64,000 bases of DNA from Paraspadella gotoi (lineage: Eukaryota > Animalia > Chaetognatha): NCBI GenBank assembly GCA_051294375.1, contig CM119266.1, positions 2,217,760 through 2,281,759 of the forward strand, in the 5' to 3' direction. A program made the position numbers and the translations under genes. A model generated the notes under the pieces. That model was given only the letters and a program-made list of their open reading frames with translations. It searched no databases and was not told the DNA's origin. Of this stretch, positions 46,901 to 58,729 are shown in pieces. The first letter of the stretch is position 1. Each line of letters opens with the position of its first letter.

Positions 46901-49900
46901 AAATATTTAAAATATCGGAGAAATTAGTATTAAACTTAATCCGTTAACCTTGCAAGGAAAAAGGGGAGAAGATGGCAATCGGTTTTCCAAAAGCAATGGT
47001 GTGATTAATCGCACTTTAACAGAAAAACAAATTCTTCACTTGCGATATTCAATGAAAATTCCATTCGGCATGCCGAATTTCAAAGGAATGGATACCTCGC
47101 ATCAGAATTTTTTCGACGAACAGAAAACAGAAAAGGCCAAAGAAAAGGGTTTTGACGAAATCAGCGTTGGTATCGCTTATTTGATTATACTCCGCTGTAA
47201 GGCTGTATCATGTAAAAGCTGTGATGATGCAACCATTGGCTGTGACGGGAAATTGTGAGGAAAAAGCACATATCGTGTGCTCATGCTCCACGGGAAAATA
47301 AATTCCCAAAACGGGAAACTCTCTTTTATCAAGGAACACAAAGAGAATGAAGTCGGTCATCTTGGAAAATTACGGCTTGGACGTATTGATCAACAAGAAA
47401 CAAAACGGCTTGCAAAAAAAACTTGAGAAGAGAATGAAAAGGAAAAGAGAAAGCAGAAAGCTTCATATGAAAATAGAAAATAGCAACTAAAGGAAGAAGA
47501 GGTTCACCAAAAAACTATGCCAAAATTTTTTCAATGATTGTCAAGGTGAGATTTCATTGTGATATATGATGAAAAAAGATGTTGATTTTCAACAATGAAC
47601 GAATGATAAAAAATCCAAAAAAAAAATAAATGCGTAATCTCTATCCTCACGTAGCGCAAGAGAAGCAATGCGCTGGCCAAACTTCCGATAGAATGGTCGC
47701 TGCGATGTTCCACTGCAACATTAATCCGACTTTGGCTCTTGTCAACAGAAGAAAATTCAACCTAATTGTGGACCGAAATAAAATAAGACGAGAAAAAAGA
47801 AAAGCTGATAAAAGGTTATCAAGAAAAAGAAATCGGGATTTTTAAAATCAGCGGAATAAGAAGCATTATAGTTTGATGGAAAGATCATTCCAACAATAGA
47901 AATTGACGTAAACCGAAACTGGCTTTTAAACAAAAAAACAGAGAAGCAAGCAACAAATTGCGGTTATTGATTGAGCAACCTAGCGGAAAATATGTCCATC
48001 ATTTAACGCCACCATCAAAAAAGGACATGCAACTGCAACTGCCATTACAGATTTGTTATCAAAACAAGATTGAATGACAATTGGGATGGTTTTTAGGAGG
48101 AGACTCAACCAATACCAACACAGGATGGGAAAATGGAACTTTTGCACACATAGAAAAAGTATGTGGACATCGTTTCATTGGATGATTTTGCAGCCTTCAT
48201 AGCAAATGAATTAGGCCTCCGTCATCTTGCTCCAGAAGATTCTTGGCAAAAACAAGTGGTTTCAAAATTCTTTGAGGCTCCCAATTGGGACCACTTCTCC
48301 AGTCCTGTTGAATCTTTGTCTTGGAATGAAAACTTTGAGAAAGGTTGAATTGGGCCAGGAATTTCGACTTCCTCCCTGAGCGGTGTTTCCAGATCTTTCC
48401 CGTGACCAACGCTACCTCTGGTATGCGGTAGAAGCATAAGGGAAGGAAAAGATTTGTCATGAGCTTTAGAAACATAAATCCGGGACCAATCAGCCATTCA
48501 GACTGTTAACTCTTGCATGTCGCTTACTTCGTCTATATAAGTTTAATGGCTTGAAGAGTAAATAAAAATCTCTCTGAGGTTAATTGTATTTATGTATCGA
48601 ATTTATGCAGTCATGTGGTTTTGAGTGGAAATGTTTATATCTGATCTCAAGGTAGTCCAAAAAATGTTTTTTATCACGATACAATACTCGGTACCGTCAC
48701 TGGTCAAACAAAAACAAATTGTGAAGCCTTATATAAAGTCATGGTATGCTCATCCTGAAGTTTGTTATTAGCTATGTTTTCAGAGGTGATTCACAAATTA
48801 GAACTCAAGCACTTGAAAAGATTTTCAAGTTAAGAAGGCTCGACATTGGTGAAAATCTGTAAGGATCTTTCAAGCCTCCGAATTTGAATTTTAATGGCAA
48901 TTAGAATTTGTTGGATATTATAATTGGGAAAGTTGTTATAACCGAATCAATCTTAACTTGTTCAATTCAATTAAAGAACTAGAAATATTAATTTGAAAAG
49001 GCTCATTCTTCCCCCATTTCAACACACACACAATCGGTTGAACGTTTAATAAGAGACATACAGATGTTGCGACTCATGTTGCTGGTTTTGAATCAACCGA
49101 GATGGGTACATACCGTGCTACGAATTGCTTGCGCCGGATTATGCAGTCCTAAAGCTGATACAAAAAAAAAACTTGATTAATATGTTAGATATTAAATAAA
49201 ACATTATTTTTAGCAGAAATAAGAATTCTTTTACTCAACTTGTATTTCAATGTGCTAGCAATTAAATTGAACTAACATTTTAAGGCGCGCTATTAGAAGC
49301 CTGTTATTTAGTGGTGTCATGGCGCTCAAGAGAAAGCTGCTGTGAATCCTCTGAATGTTACCTCGGTGGTGTCATGGCGCGAGAAAGCTGCCTGTGAATC
49401 CTCCGAGAGGTTTGTAAGCCTTTTAAGTGCTGTTGTGCTGCTTTTCTATTTATTATCCATTGTGGCGGCATTTTGTATAAAGTCATTAAATTAGTATTCG
49501 ATGTTTATTAAACTTTTGTTAAAAGAATTTTAAAATTCTAAGTTAATCTTTGTTTATATATTGGTATCTTTCTTTAGCTCGGGTTGAGCCCTGATAGTTT
49601 CTGCTTAGGCAGTCGGTGTCCTCACATATATTGTCATGTTATCAGAACTGTTGGGAATGTCGGACTTACTTTGATTCTTTTCATAAAAATTAAATAAATG
49701 GTTTTTACCTATAGTCTGGAAAAACTTCGGGCTAGAAGCCTTACCAATTGTTGTAACCTTAATATTAATTAATTATAATTATTAATATTATATATTATTA
49801 GTAATGATTAATATATTAATATATATTATTAGTAAGTAAAATAAGTAATATATTTAATCCTTTTTTCTCCATTCCAGGTAGGTTGTTGAAGCAGTATTAG

Positions 49901-52136
49901 CCTGAGCGGACACCCTCATGTTCGTTTGGCGTTTTTTTTTGTTTCGTAATAGAATAACAATACTAAAGCTTAATTAAATATTCATAATATTTATAATTTA
50001 GATTTCAGACATAAAAATATATAATTTTGTTATTTTAGGCTATGATTCATTAAAAAAGTCAAATGCAAATCAAATATCTTTTGTGAATTTTTTGTCAATT
50101 TGATTTTGCATCAATTCAGTTCGTCGTAGATTATAAACTCTGATAGGACGGGAAAACTGGGCAGCGAATATCTGGTTTTTACTATCTAGGGGCATACGAC
50201 TACACTTAATTCCAAAATTACAGGGGGCACAAGAAAGGAATTTTGACAAGTTTTTGTAATTTATACTGCCCGGCTACTGCCCATGCAACGTTTGGGACTT
50301 TGTGTACGACAAGGGCGAGCAGGTGGCAGCATCATATTCCACTCTTTTTTTTTTTTAAAGAGAAAGCAAATTGATGAGAAATAAGAAAATAGTAAGAAAA
50401 GAAACATAGTTTTTGTTAATTTCAGTAATAATAATTAATTAACAAGATTCATAATATTAACATAAAAAAATAAACAACAAATTGTTAATACCTGGCTTAA
50501 AATCCAGCAACCGTTCACCGCAGGAGGCAAGTGAGGGGGTTCTAGCCCAGTGGCCACTGGCCACCTTTACTAGCAGTGAAGAGGGACGGTGCGCTTAACC
50601 CTCCTGTAACATGGTGTTACAGCCGAATCCGAAAGTAAACATAGGTCAACCTTAGGTCACTTTGAATAGTGGTCATTTAAAACTGACTCGAACGAGAAAA
50701 TGTCGGACTATTCTTATCAATTATTGTCTCTTCACAATTGTAAATTATTTTTGAGTTACAATGTATAGGGAGATCAATTTTAATCCATCCAGTAGGAAAA
50801 ACAAGTTTGAGAAAACAATGTCGGATTGCCTACAATAATTAAGCGGTAATCTACTAATCAGAGGATAAATCACAATATTTTTTTAAAATTTTTTCAACTC
50901 GCATCTTTTTTTTTAAACTCGCTCTTTTTTTTAACTCGCATCTTTTTTTTTAACTCGCATCATTTTTTCAACTCACATAATTTTTCTCACGCACATAATT
51001 TTTAAACTCATCATTTTTTCAATTTATATCATTTTTTACAATTCGCATCCATTTTTTCAACTCGCATCATTTTTTCAACTCGCATCTTTTTTCCACACAC
51101 ATATTTTTTCAACTCATCATTTTTTCAATTTACATCATTTTTACAATTCGCATAATTTTTTTAACTTGCATCATTTTTTCAACTTGCATCATTTTTTTCA
51201 ACTTGCATCATTTTTTCAACTTGCATAATTTTCTTCAACTTGCCATAAGTTCCTTCTTCATAATTTTCATTGCATAATTTTTTTAACTTGCATAATTTTT
51301 TCAACTTGCTTAATTTTTTCGACTTGCATAATTTTTCAACTTGCATATTTTTTTCAACTTTCATATTTTTTTCAACTTGCATAATTTTTTCAACTTGCAT
51401 AATTTTTTCAACTTGCATAATTTTTTCAACTTGCATAATTTTTTCAACTTGCATAATTTTTTCAACTTGCATAATTTTTTCAAATTGCATAATTTTTTTA
51501 AATTGTATCATTTTTTCAAATTAATTAATTAATTAATTAAAACATTTATTAGTAATCATAAATAAAAAAGATTCAAGTAAATATGACTTATGTTTTTTCC
51601 ATTGAAACTCATTTCCACTGGCACAATTCCGTCAAAACTTTATATCTAGCTTCTTCACACACTTTCCTTTTCAATCTATTAATTCAATTATGATTAATTC
51701 GAGTAATTATGGGTTAAAATAAGTAACATTGCAGGACTAACAAGATCGTGAAAGCAAAAAGATTCAAGTAAATGTGACTCATATTTTTTTTATTTAAACT
51801 CAATTTACTCTTACGTTTCCACCGAAANNNNNNNNNNGACGTGTTTTCTTTGGCCGTGCTTCTATTTCGACTTTTGTCAAAAGGACGAAACCCATTTGAC
51901 TTTACTGGTGAGTTTTCAATGCATTTCTGAAAACCAAAAATATCTGTACATACCAAGAAATGATTACGAGAAATTAACAATCAAATTTGTCGTGTTTCCC
52001 ACAATATTTTTTTTTAGGACACGACGCTGAAATTGAAATTACCTCAAACATTATTCAACTTGCAAAGGATGAAAAGCTTGTAATAAACAAAATTAATTGG
52101 AATCTGATTCAAGATGATCCTCTTTTGAGGCTTTTG
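43940..52136 (+). CDS. Ankyrin-repeat protein kinase, IRE1/RNase L-like kinase domain; exons 43940-43963, 44052-45878, 45948-46067, (gap)51838-51907, 52018-52136; 3' end not found
   Basis: About 10 ankyrin repeats (TPLILAA, TALWWA, TALMEA, TLMHYAA..) then VAVKRLL, HRDIKSSN. A 69-nt GT-AG intron leads to VMDFGIAK..GLGTMIFSAPEILL. After a 5.8-kb intron come DVFSLAVLLFRLLSKGRNPFDFTG and, past a 110-nt phase-1 intron, HDAEIEITSNIIQ..DDPLLRLL|gtatgt. First exon MIKLKFGK|gtaagt is in phase with acceptor tttag at 44051. Confidence 0.85.
46190..46253 (-). mobile_element. SINE fragment (family of 1-123) split by the hAT insertion; probable remainder ~50277-50325
   Basis: GTAACAC..GCGGGTTAGGCG..GTCCCTATTAACTGCTAGGC matches 1-55; GGACTTTGTGTA..GGCGA after the transposon resembles 75-95. 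Confidence 0.6.
46254..50276 (+). mobile_element. Full-length hAT-superfamily DNA transposon (hATm-like), ~4.0 kb
   Basis: Termini TAG..CTA; imperfect TIRs TAGCGCGGAGTATAAATAC..TCTTGTGTCCCCCT versus right-end reverse complement TAGCCGGGCAGTATAAATTAC..TCTTGTGCCCCCT; 8-bp TSD CTGCCCAA (46246-46253) / CTGCCCAT (50277-50284). Confidence 0.85.
46950..49150 (+). pseudogene. Frameshifted hAT (hATm / Cc8K15.2-like) transposase
   Basis: Motifs across frames: FDGK (~47872), EQPSGKYVHHLTP (~47973), LGGDSTNTNTGWENG (~48093), NELGLRHL (~48205), PGPISHS..LTLACRLLRLY (~48479), WYAHPE (~48742), HTQSVERLI (~49025), RDGY (~49098). Confidence 0.8.
50515..50622 (+). mobile_element. SINE copy (family of 1-123), internally deleted head
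   Basis: GGAGGCAAGT..GGGGTTCTAGCCC..CTAGCAGTGAAGAGGGACGG..GCTTAACCC..TGTAACATGGTGTTAC matches the reverse complement of 1-110. Confidence 0.7.
50890..51520. repeat. 18-bp AT-rich minisatellite (TTTTTTCAACTTGCATAA)
   Basis: CAACTTG at 51373, 51391, 51409 and onward; more diverged units (AACTCGCATC) at the left. Confidence 0.9.
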
Positions 52137-52549
52137 GTATGTGATTCAAATCTTCTAGCATCTTTTTAATTGAAAAAAAAAAGATTAATTTATTTCTTTA
52201 TTAACTGGCAAAGAACATCCTCATATGTTACAGTAGCATGTGAGGAACGGCAAGCTCTGTAACTCGAGTAAAGAAAATGAGATAAGTTGAAAGCGGAGTT
52301 TTTGTGTCTTGTTATACGAAGGACTCATATGGCTACTCCCCTTCGGTTAAGCCATTGCTCTAAAACCGACCCATTTTGGGACTGATAGCAGTTTATTTGT
52401 AATTTACCTTGAGTGGGAATTTCGACTCCTACCATTCCATTCTGCTCGAAAGTCTAAGTTTTTTTAAAAAACCACTTCGGCCATTCGTTATTTTAAAAAA
52501 ATTTTAAATTCAAAAAATCCCTAAATATAAATTTTGTTTTTTCTTTTCT

Positions 52550-53230
52550 TTTTAGTCAGATCTGCCTTTCCAGCAGATTTCTGAACTCTATAATTCACTT
52601 TGTCAGTCCCTCCCGTCAGTCTTGTCGGGCTTCACTTATTATCATGTCAGAAACATCGAAATTATAATAAATTATTCAAAAATGATGGTCCTATCTGTCC
52701 GTCCCACCTTAGCAAAAAACCACTTAATTACTCGTGATTGGATGGATGGATTGGAATGAATTTTGTGTGTGGGTAGGGAAGTTTGTAATTAAGCTGGATA
52801 TGAAGTTTCGATGGAAATACGTCCAAAGTGAATGAGTTTAAATGGAAAAAAATTTTACTATTTGGAAACACCAATTACTCATGAGTGGATGGGGCGATTG
52901 ACTTGAAAATTTGTATGTGGGTAGAAAAGTGTCTGATTATAAGCTGGAAAAGTCAGTTTCGCATGGAATCGTTTGAGTGGCAAATGAAAAATTAAATAAA
53001 AAAAAACAAAAAAAAAACAACGTGTTTTCACTAAATAACTAATTGATTATGGCTATTTTTGCCTTTTTAAGGTCAATTATTAATAATCAATAATTAAATT
53101 AATCAGCCAATTAATCATCAAACCAAAATAATTAAATCTTAACCTTGAATTAATTATTAATTGACTTGTATTTCTCAATAATGACTTTGTTGGGCAGATT
53201 CCGACATTTGTTTTGGCTCAAACTTGTTTT
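52550..53230 (+). mobile_element. HINE-like copy homologous to 17771-18535; extra 3' end at ~53326-53362
   Basis: Colinear similarity incl. CTCTATAATTCACTTTGTC, AATTACTCGTGATTG, AATTACTCATGAGTGGATGGGGCGATTGACTT and GGCAGAT(T)CCGACATT. Confidence 0.7.
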
Positions 53231-53643
53231 ATGTTCAATGTTATGAATCTGTTAAAATCACAAATTGAAAATCGAAAACATTAGCAAGAATTTCATCGTA
53301 TAGGCTTATTAACCGCTTATTATTGTAGGCAGATCACAGCATTGTTGTTCAAAACTTGTTTTTATGCAAATTGAAAACTTTAAAATTATTAATTTTTTCA
53401 AAACGATTTTCATCTTTCAATTCTTCATCAATTCATTTAGCCTATTTTATTAATTATTAATAACAATAGGGTTGCCGAGGTATAAAACAGTTTCAGTTGT
53501 TTCACAATAAGCAACTGGTTAAAAACACATTAATAAAAAACCTTAAAAGCAACGTTTGGAAAACATTCGACGTCGCGGCTTAACGAGGCAACTGCCTTCT
53601 GACTTTTCCCTCAAATTTTCAAACATTAAAAATAAGGCCAGAT

Positions 53644-53915
53644 TTTGGCAAAACGGGAGCATAGCCCTGTGATACCCCGGGGGCCGCGGGGTAAATCTCC
53701 TACACCACTGGCGTAGGGGCTTCGGACTGTCAGTGACCGCCTCCTGTCACTGGCATGTTTTAATAATAACCGGCAACCGTCAATTTAAGAGCCAGAAACC
53801 TGATACCAACCCAGGATTGAACCCGGGAACGCACGGATATGGAATGAGATGCCATCTGAGACGAAGGCTGAGGACGGACAGCCACAGTGAGGCAGCTTTA
53901 AGTCTTGCTGCCACA
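53644..53915 (-). mobile_element. 272-bp solo-LTR-like element
   Basis: Minus strand TGTGGCAG...CCGTTTTGCCAAA; CCCGGGTTCAATCC; ATTAAA immediately before GCCAGTGAC-N8-GTCACTGAC AGTCCGAAGCC. Confidence 0.6.
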
Positions 53916-54421
53916 AATATTCGCTATCTTCCGTAATATCGTCGTCGTTGGCGAACGTTTCCGTCAACGAAATCGGGAAACTTTGGGAAACTCGGATGTC
54001 GAAAATCTCTGCCTTCGAACGGTTGAAATTTTTTGTTTCCCCAAAATTAAAAAGCGAACCTACAGCCTTTATATATATATAATTTAATTTGGTATAATTT
54101 TTTTTAGGAAAATCATTTGGCCGAGTGCTTAGCGCGCCGGTTTTCAACCAAACGAAAAGGTTTCAGGTTCAAATCTGGCTGAAGCTACTTTTTACAATAA
54201 GTTCTGATGTCCCAAAATTGGTCGTAGAGCAATGGCTTACCGAAGGGGGAGTAGCCATATGTGTACTCGATAACAAGACAAAAAGTCTCTTCAAAATTAT
54301 CATTTGTACTCGAGTTACAGAGCTTGCCGTCTCAGAAATTCTAGACGGATGCTACTGTATTTATATTGAATAATTTGTTCATTAAGGCGGAATAAATTAA
54401 ATATTAAGAGTTTTCGACTGT

Positions 54422-54747
54422 AAATATTAAGTATAACGGGCAAGTATATTAAGTATATTAAGTATATTAAGTATTAAGTGTAACAGGCAAGTATATTAAG
54501 TATATTAAGTATTAAGTATAACAGGCAAGTATATTAAGTATATTAAGTATTAAGTATATTAAGTATAACAGGCAAGTATATTAAGTATATTAAGTATATT
54601 AAGCATTAAGTATATTAAGTATATTAAGTATTAAGTATAATAAGTTTAACAGGCAAGTATATTAAGTATTAAGTATATTAAGTATAACAGGCAAGTATAT
54701 TAAGTATATTAAGTATATTAAGTATTAAGTATATTAAGTATAACAGG
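54422..54747. repeat. Compound AT-rich satellite (GTATATTAA / GTATTAA / GTATAACAGGCAA)
   Basis: Directly visible. Confidence 0.9.
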
Positions 54748-55450
54748 CCACAAGAATCGGGTTTTTGCTTTCATTCCTTGCGATTGAAATAGAAAATCGT
54801 TTACAAAAACTATTATTTTATAATAATTGGTGCCCATACATGTCCGTTTGATTTAAACATTTAAACATTTCTTTGATTGCATATCTATCAATAAATATTG
54901 AAATGTTCAATTTTTTTATATGCTTTACTAATTTACAAAAATTAAGTACAAATTGATAAGGTATATAAAGAACAAAAGAAAGTCATATTACAGAACATAT
55001 ATAATATATATATATAAATTATCTATATAAATATAAAAATAATCGCCTCTATCAATAGTCTATCAAAAATGCCAAAAAATTAAAATGCATCGATTCATCA
55101 AAAAAATACATACATATAAAGCAATGATGACTTACTCTTGAGTACTCATGAGTTATATTACATGTAAATATAATATGAAAATGTAGATCAAAAAGACTTT
55201 GAGGGCCGACCCCGAATCTGCGACCAACTGCGCAGCGCAAATGTACGACAGTTCCCGCCTTATTTAGAAATTGGGAGGAGAAGAAGGCGATTCCTTATTG
55301 ACCGCCATGATTCATCTTCTCTCAAATCTTCTCACCCACAAATAAAAATTCTACTCGCCCGCGTAAAAACATTATTTATTATTTCAATTATGCCCTTTTA
55401 ATTTATTCTTGGGTATTTACGCTTTATTAATATTTTGAAAATTTTCACAG

Positions 55451-56538
55451 AAAAGACAACGTGCTTGGCAAAGAGATGAAAGGAACTTTTTAGAAAAGGA
55501 ATCACAGTTTAGTCACTGAAAACGATTTCACTCGAGTCAAACACCGCAATAAAACGCAAGCAAAACGATTGAAGAATTTCAGAACCAACAGAATTGTTCC
55601 ATCAGCTTCATGTTTAAATCCAGACTCCAAGCCCAAGTACAACGCCTCGTCAACGATCGCATCCAGCACCGTTTCATTCAGGAATGATGTTGTACACCAA
55701 CTCGCGCCGCTTCTCTTGGACGACGCGTCGCCTTCCCCAACTGGTTCCCCAGCAATGATTGCTTTTTTCTCCATGAACCGTATTATTTTCCTCTGGACAT
55801 TTTTAATTCGAAAATTTGATCATGGTTACTGGGCACGGGACACATATGGCCGAGCTCGAATTAAGCCTTGCGAGGTTGTTTCTCACTTTGCGACCACGAC
55901 GATTAGACTTGGAGGAAAAGATGAGAGCAATAGGAGATTTTATGCAAGATGCACCGCCAACCTGCCGTTAACCCAAATGGGCAAAACCCATCAGAGAAGC
56001 AAAGGGGATTTTGAATCGACAAAAGAACAACTTGATCAAAAAAGTGGAAGGTTTTCAGAGGAAAGTTAAAGCGGAAAAGGAAAAGAGCAACAGAGAGAAA
56101 GAAATAGAGGAGATTGAAAATGAAATCGAGGAGACTTTAAATGAGATCAAAGATTTGGAAGAAGCGATTCTGGAAAAGGAAAACTTGAGCGTTTTTGCGA
56201 CATCATTGAACAAGATCGTGAATGATTACGAAGAAAACCAAGTCAGCATCAGCGACGAGGAATATCTTCGTTTGAAACGAGCGGAAAAAGAAAACCAAGA
56301 AAAACAGTTGGAAATAGTAGAACTGAAACGTCAACTCTCACAGAAAAAAGAAGAAGAAATGAGAAAAAAAGATGAAGAACCTTTGGTGAAACGAGAGGAA
56401 AGCGAACTAAATGAATATGAAATGGCTGAACGAGAATTAAATGAATCAATCGAACAAACGAGGGAAGAAGAAAACAACAGCAACAACGACGGTGAAGACC
56501 TGAACGAATTAGGATGGATTTTTTCGATAGAAATTTAA
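55451..56538 (+). pseudogene. Disrupted (or mis-sequenced) gene with C-terminal coiled coil and acidic tail
   Basis: Acceptor tttcacag at 55450; overlapping ORFs 55569-56069 and 56011-56538; the E/K-rich frame extends upstream past a stop at ~55968. Confidence 0.5.
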
Positions 56539-58520
56539 CTGTGCATCTCTTTTTAGTTGCGCCGCGAGTATTCGCGGAGCAACTCTTTAAGCCACTTTTT
56601 GCAACATATTTGAATTACCGTTCTTGTTTTTTCAATTTTCTTTTTTACCACCAAAAAAATGATCATTCTTTATGAATTTTATAGCTAAAAGTACATAGTT
56701 TTCGAATTGTATTAAAAAGTACAGTATTTTAAACTATATCTGAATTCTTATAAACTCCTTTAATCTCTTCCGTGGTTATAAATTTTTGAACTTTTGAGCG
56801 ACTTTTCTTACAGAATTTGTTCAAATGCCAACAAAAAATATATTTGCTGTAATGTTTATGATATATGCCATTTGAAATATCAAATAAATAATAATGGTTC
56901 ATTGGGTAAAAATGTACGTACATAATAAAATAATTTTCAGTTAATAATCAGTGGTATTAGGACATTAGTGACAATTAAAACTCTATGAGACGCTTGGGGG
57001 TCGGTCTGTCAGTCTGTAGGTCGGTATGTCTGTCTGTCCCACTTACGTTTAAAAAGCTTATATGTTGTTCACTTGGTGGCTCAACACATTTGAATTACCG
57101 TTCTTTTTAAAAACTCAATTGATCAATCTATAAGCCAATGTCACGGTCATCATTGATCACCATGACAACGACGACAGATCGCTGAATCTATTTCGGATCT
57201 CGACCGCGTCAACTCCTCTTCGCTTTCTTCTCTCCCTCTCCCTCTTCTCCCTCCTGCTCTTCGGGTCCTCCCCCTTCCACTCTCCTTCCCCCTCCTCCTC
57301 CTCTCATCATCCCGCCTCCGACTGCGTTGATCCAAAATCACTTGAATTTTGATTCCCGATCCTCGGGTTTTTTTTAGGCTTCGGGATCGAGAGAAGGTCG
57401 AACCGGGTGGGTTTTTTTTTTTTTTTAGTATGCTAACTATCAAGTCTAACATAATTATTGCAACGCTGTTAAAGCTGTTTGGAACCTTTCAAAAAAAAGT
57501 TCGCGGGATTTATTTAGACTCTAATCCAGTTTAAATGCCAAAGCTGAACGTTTAAATTAATTAAATAGAGTATGAAGCGGCAAGAAAATCCGCCGTACTT
57601 ATGCCATAAACGAAAACCACTTTTAAGGCTAAAGCGGTAGCAGCCGCAGAGTGAGTAGATAGTAAGTTTGGAAAAGGGTTAGGATTTGGTTAGGGCTATG
57701 GATTAGGGTTAGGATTTGGCTTTTGGAACAGATTAAGTTTAGGGATTACGGAACAGGAATAGGGGGCATTTGGAAAAGAGAGCTGCCGATTCTTCGCCTA
57801 ATTTTAAAAAAATAGTCAATACTCAATTACATTATCTTACATAACACTCGCCAACCTCATCATCACTACGTAAGCATCTTAGTTTTCACATTATCGGATG
57901 GAGAACATTGAACATTTATCTGAGTAGGCTTTTAAGTACTAGGTTAGGAAATTTTAAGATACTGAAGAACGTATTAAACTGACTAAAACTTATGTAAAAG
58001 AGAGAGAGAGAGAGTCACGGAAAAAAGGCGTCGACTGAAAGTTGAATATGGATGAGAGGGACAGACGGAGAGAAAGAGAGAGAGAGAGACGAAGAGAAAA
58101 GTTGGGGGAGACGAAAGGGAGAGAAATTTGAAAGAAATGGAAAGTGAAAACGTGAAAGAGGGAAAGTTGAGGGGGAAACAAAAATGTCGTAGGGAAAGAG
58201 AATCAAAACAATAGAAGGATGTAAACAATCTCTCTCTCTCTCTCTCCGCGTACTCGAGTCAATTTCATACTCATTAGTTGCTCAAAAAAAAAAAAGAATT
58301 ACACTGACATTTTTCCGATTTTGTGAACTCAATGGAATAAAAAGCGTTCTTGAAAATGGCTTTTCTTTATTCGCTCAAATTTCGAAACCTGTGAAACCTG
58401 TGTCTCATTGACGGACTTGATCTCACTGCGTGAATTATATTCTTGTGATGACCCAATTAATAGAAAGTGAAACAACGCCAGCGCTTTGAAGACAGGACGA
58501 CTACGAGACCACGACGGCCT

Positions 58521-58697
58521 CATTTTCCTAAAACGCCCCATTCCATCTCAAATTCCGAATTAAATTAGTTTAAAGGGTATTAGGATTAGCCTAAGAATTA
58601 GGGTGAGGGATTGGGTTATGTGCTTGGTAAAAAATTAGAGTCAAATATTAATTATTTAATAGATGAAGGAGCTGAAATGGGGCGTTTTTAAAAACGT
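58521..58697. mobile_element. MITE-like element with telomere-like interior
   Basis: 13-bp perfect inverted repeat AAAACGCCCCATT (58530-58542) / AATGGGGCGTTTT (58676-58688), extendable imperfectly; TTAGG/TTAGGG-like units inside. Confidence 0.45.
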
Positions 58698-58729
58698 GAC
58701 ACACACAGAGAGATAGAAATTACGGGGGA

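Larger units (their letters stand above)
52231..54357. mobile_element. Non-autonomous TIR element, TA-flanked (Tc1/mariner-type ends), ~170-bp TIRs, with nested repeats
   Basis: TA|CAGTAGCAT..ACGGCAAGCTCTGTAACTCGAGTA..CATATGGCTACTCCCCTTCGG (52231-52400) is the imperfect reverse complement of 54190-54357, which ends ATGCTACTG|TA. Confidence 0.65.

Noticed and set aside
51179-51511. EKIMQV hexapeptide-repeat protein
   Set aside because: Translation of an 18-bp intronic minisatellite.
54108-54373. Next kinase exon (subdomain XI)
   Set aside because: An acceptor is present, but no frame gives a DP..RP-like motif and it overlaps the right TIR.
55451-55830. KEN ribonuclease domain
   Set aside because: Only faint similarity (WQRDERNFL); the LLRxxRNxxHH catalytic motif is not present in any frame.
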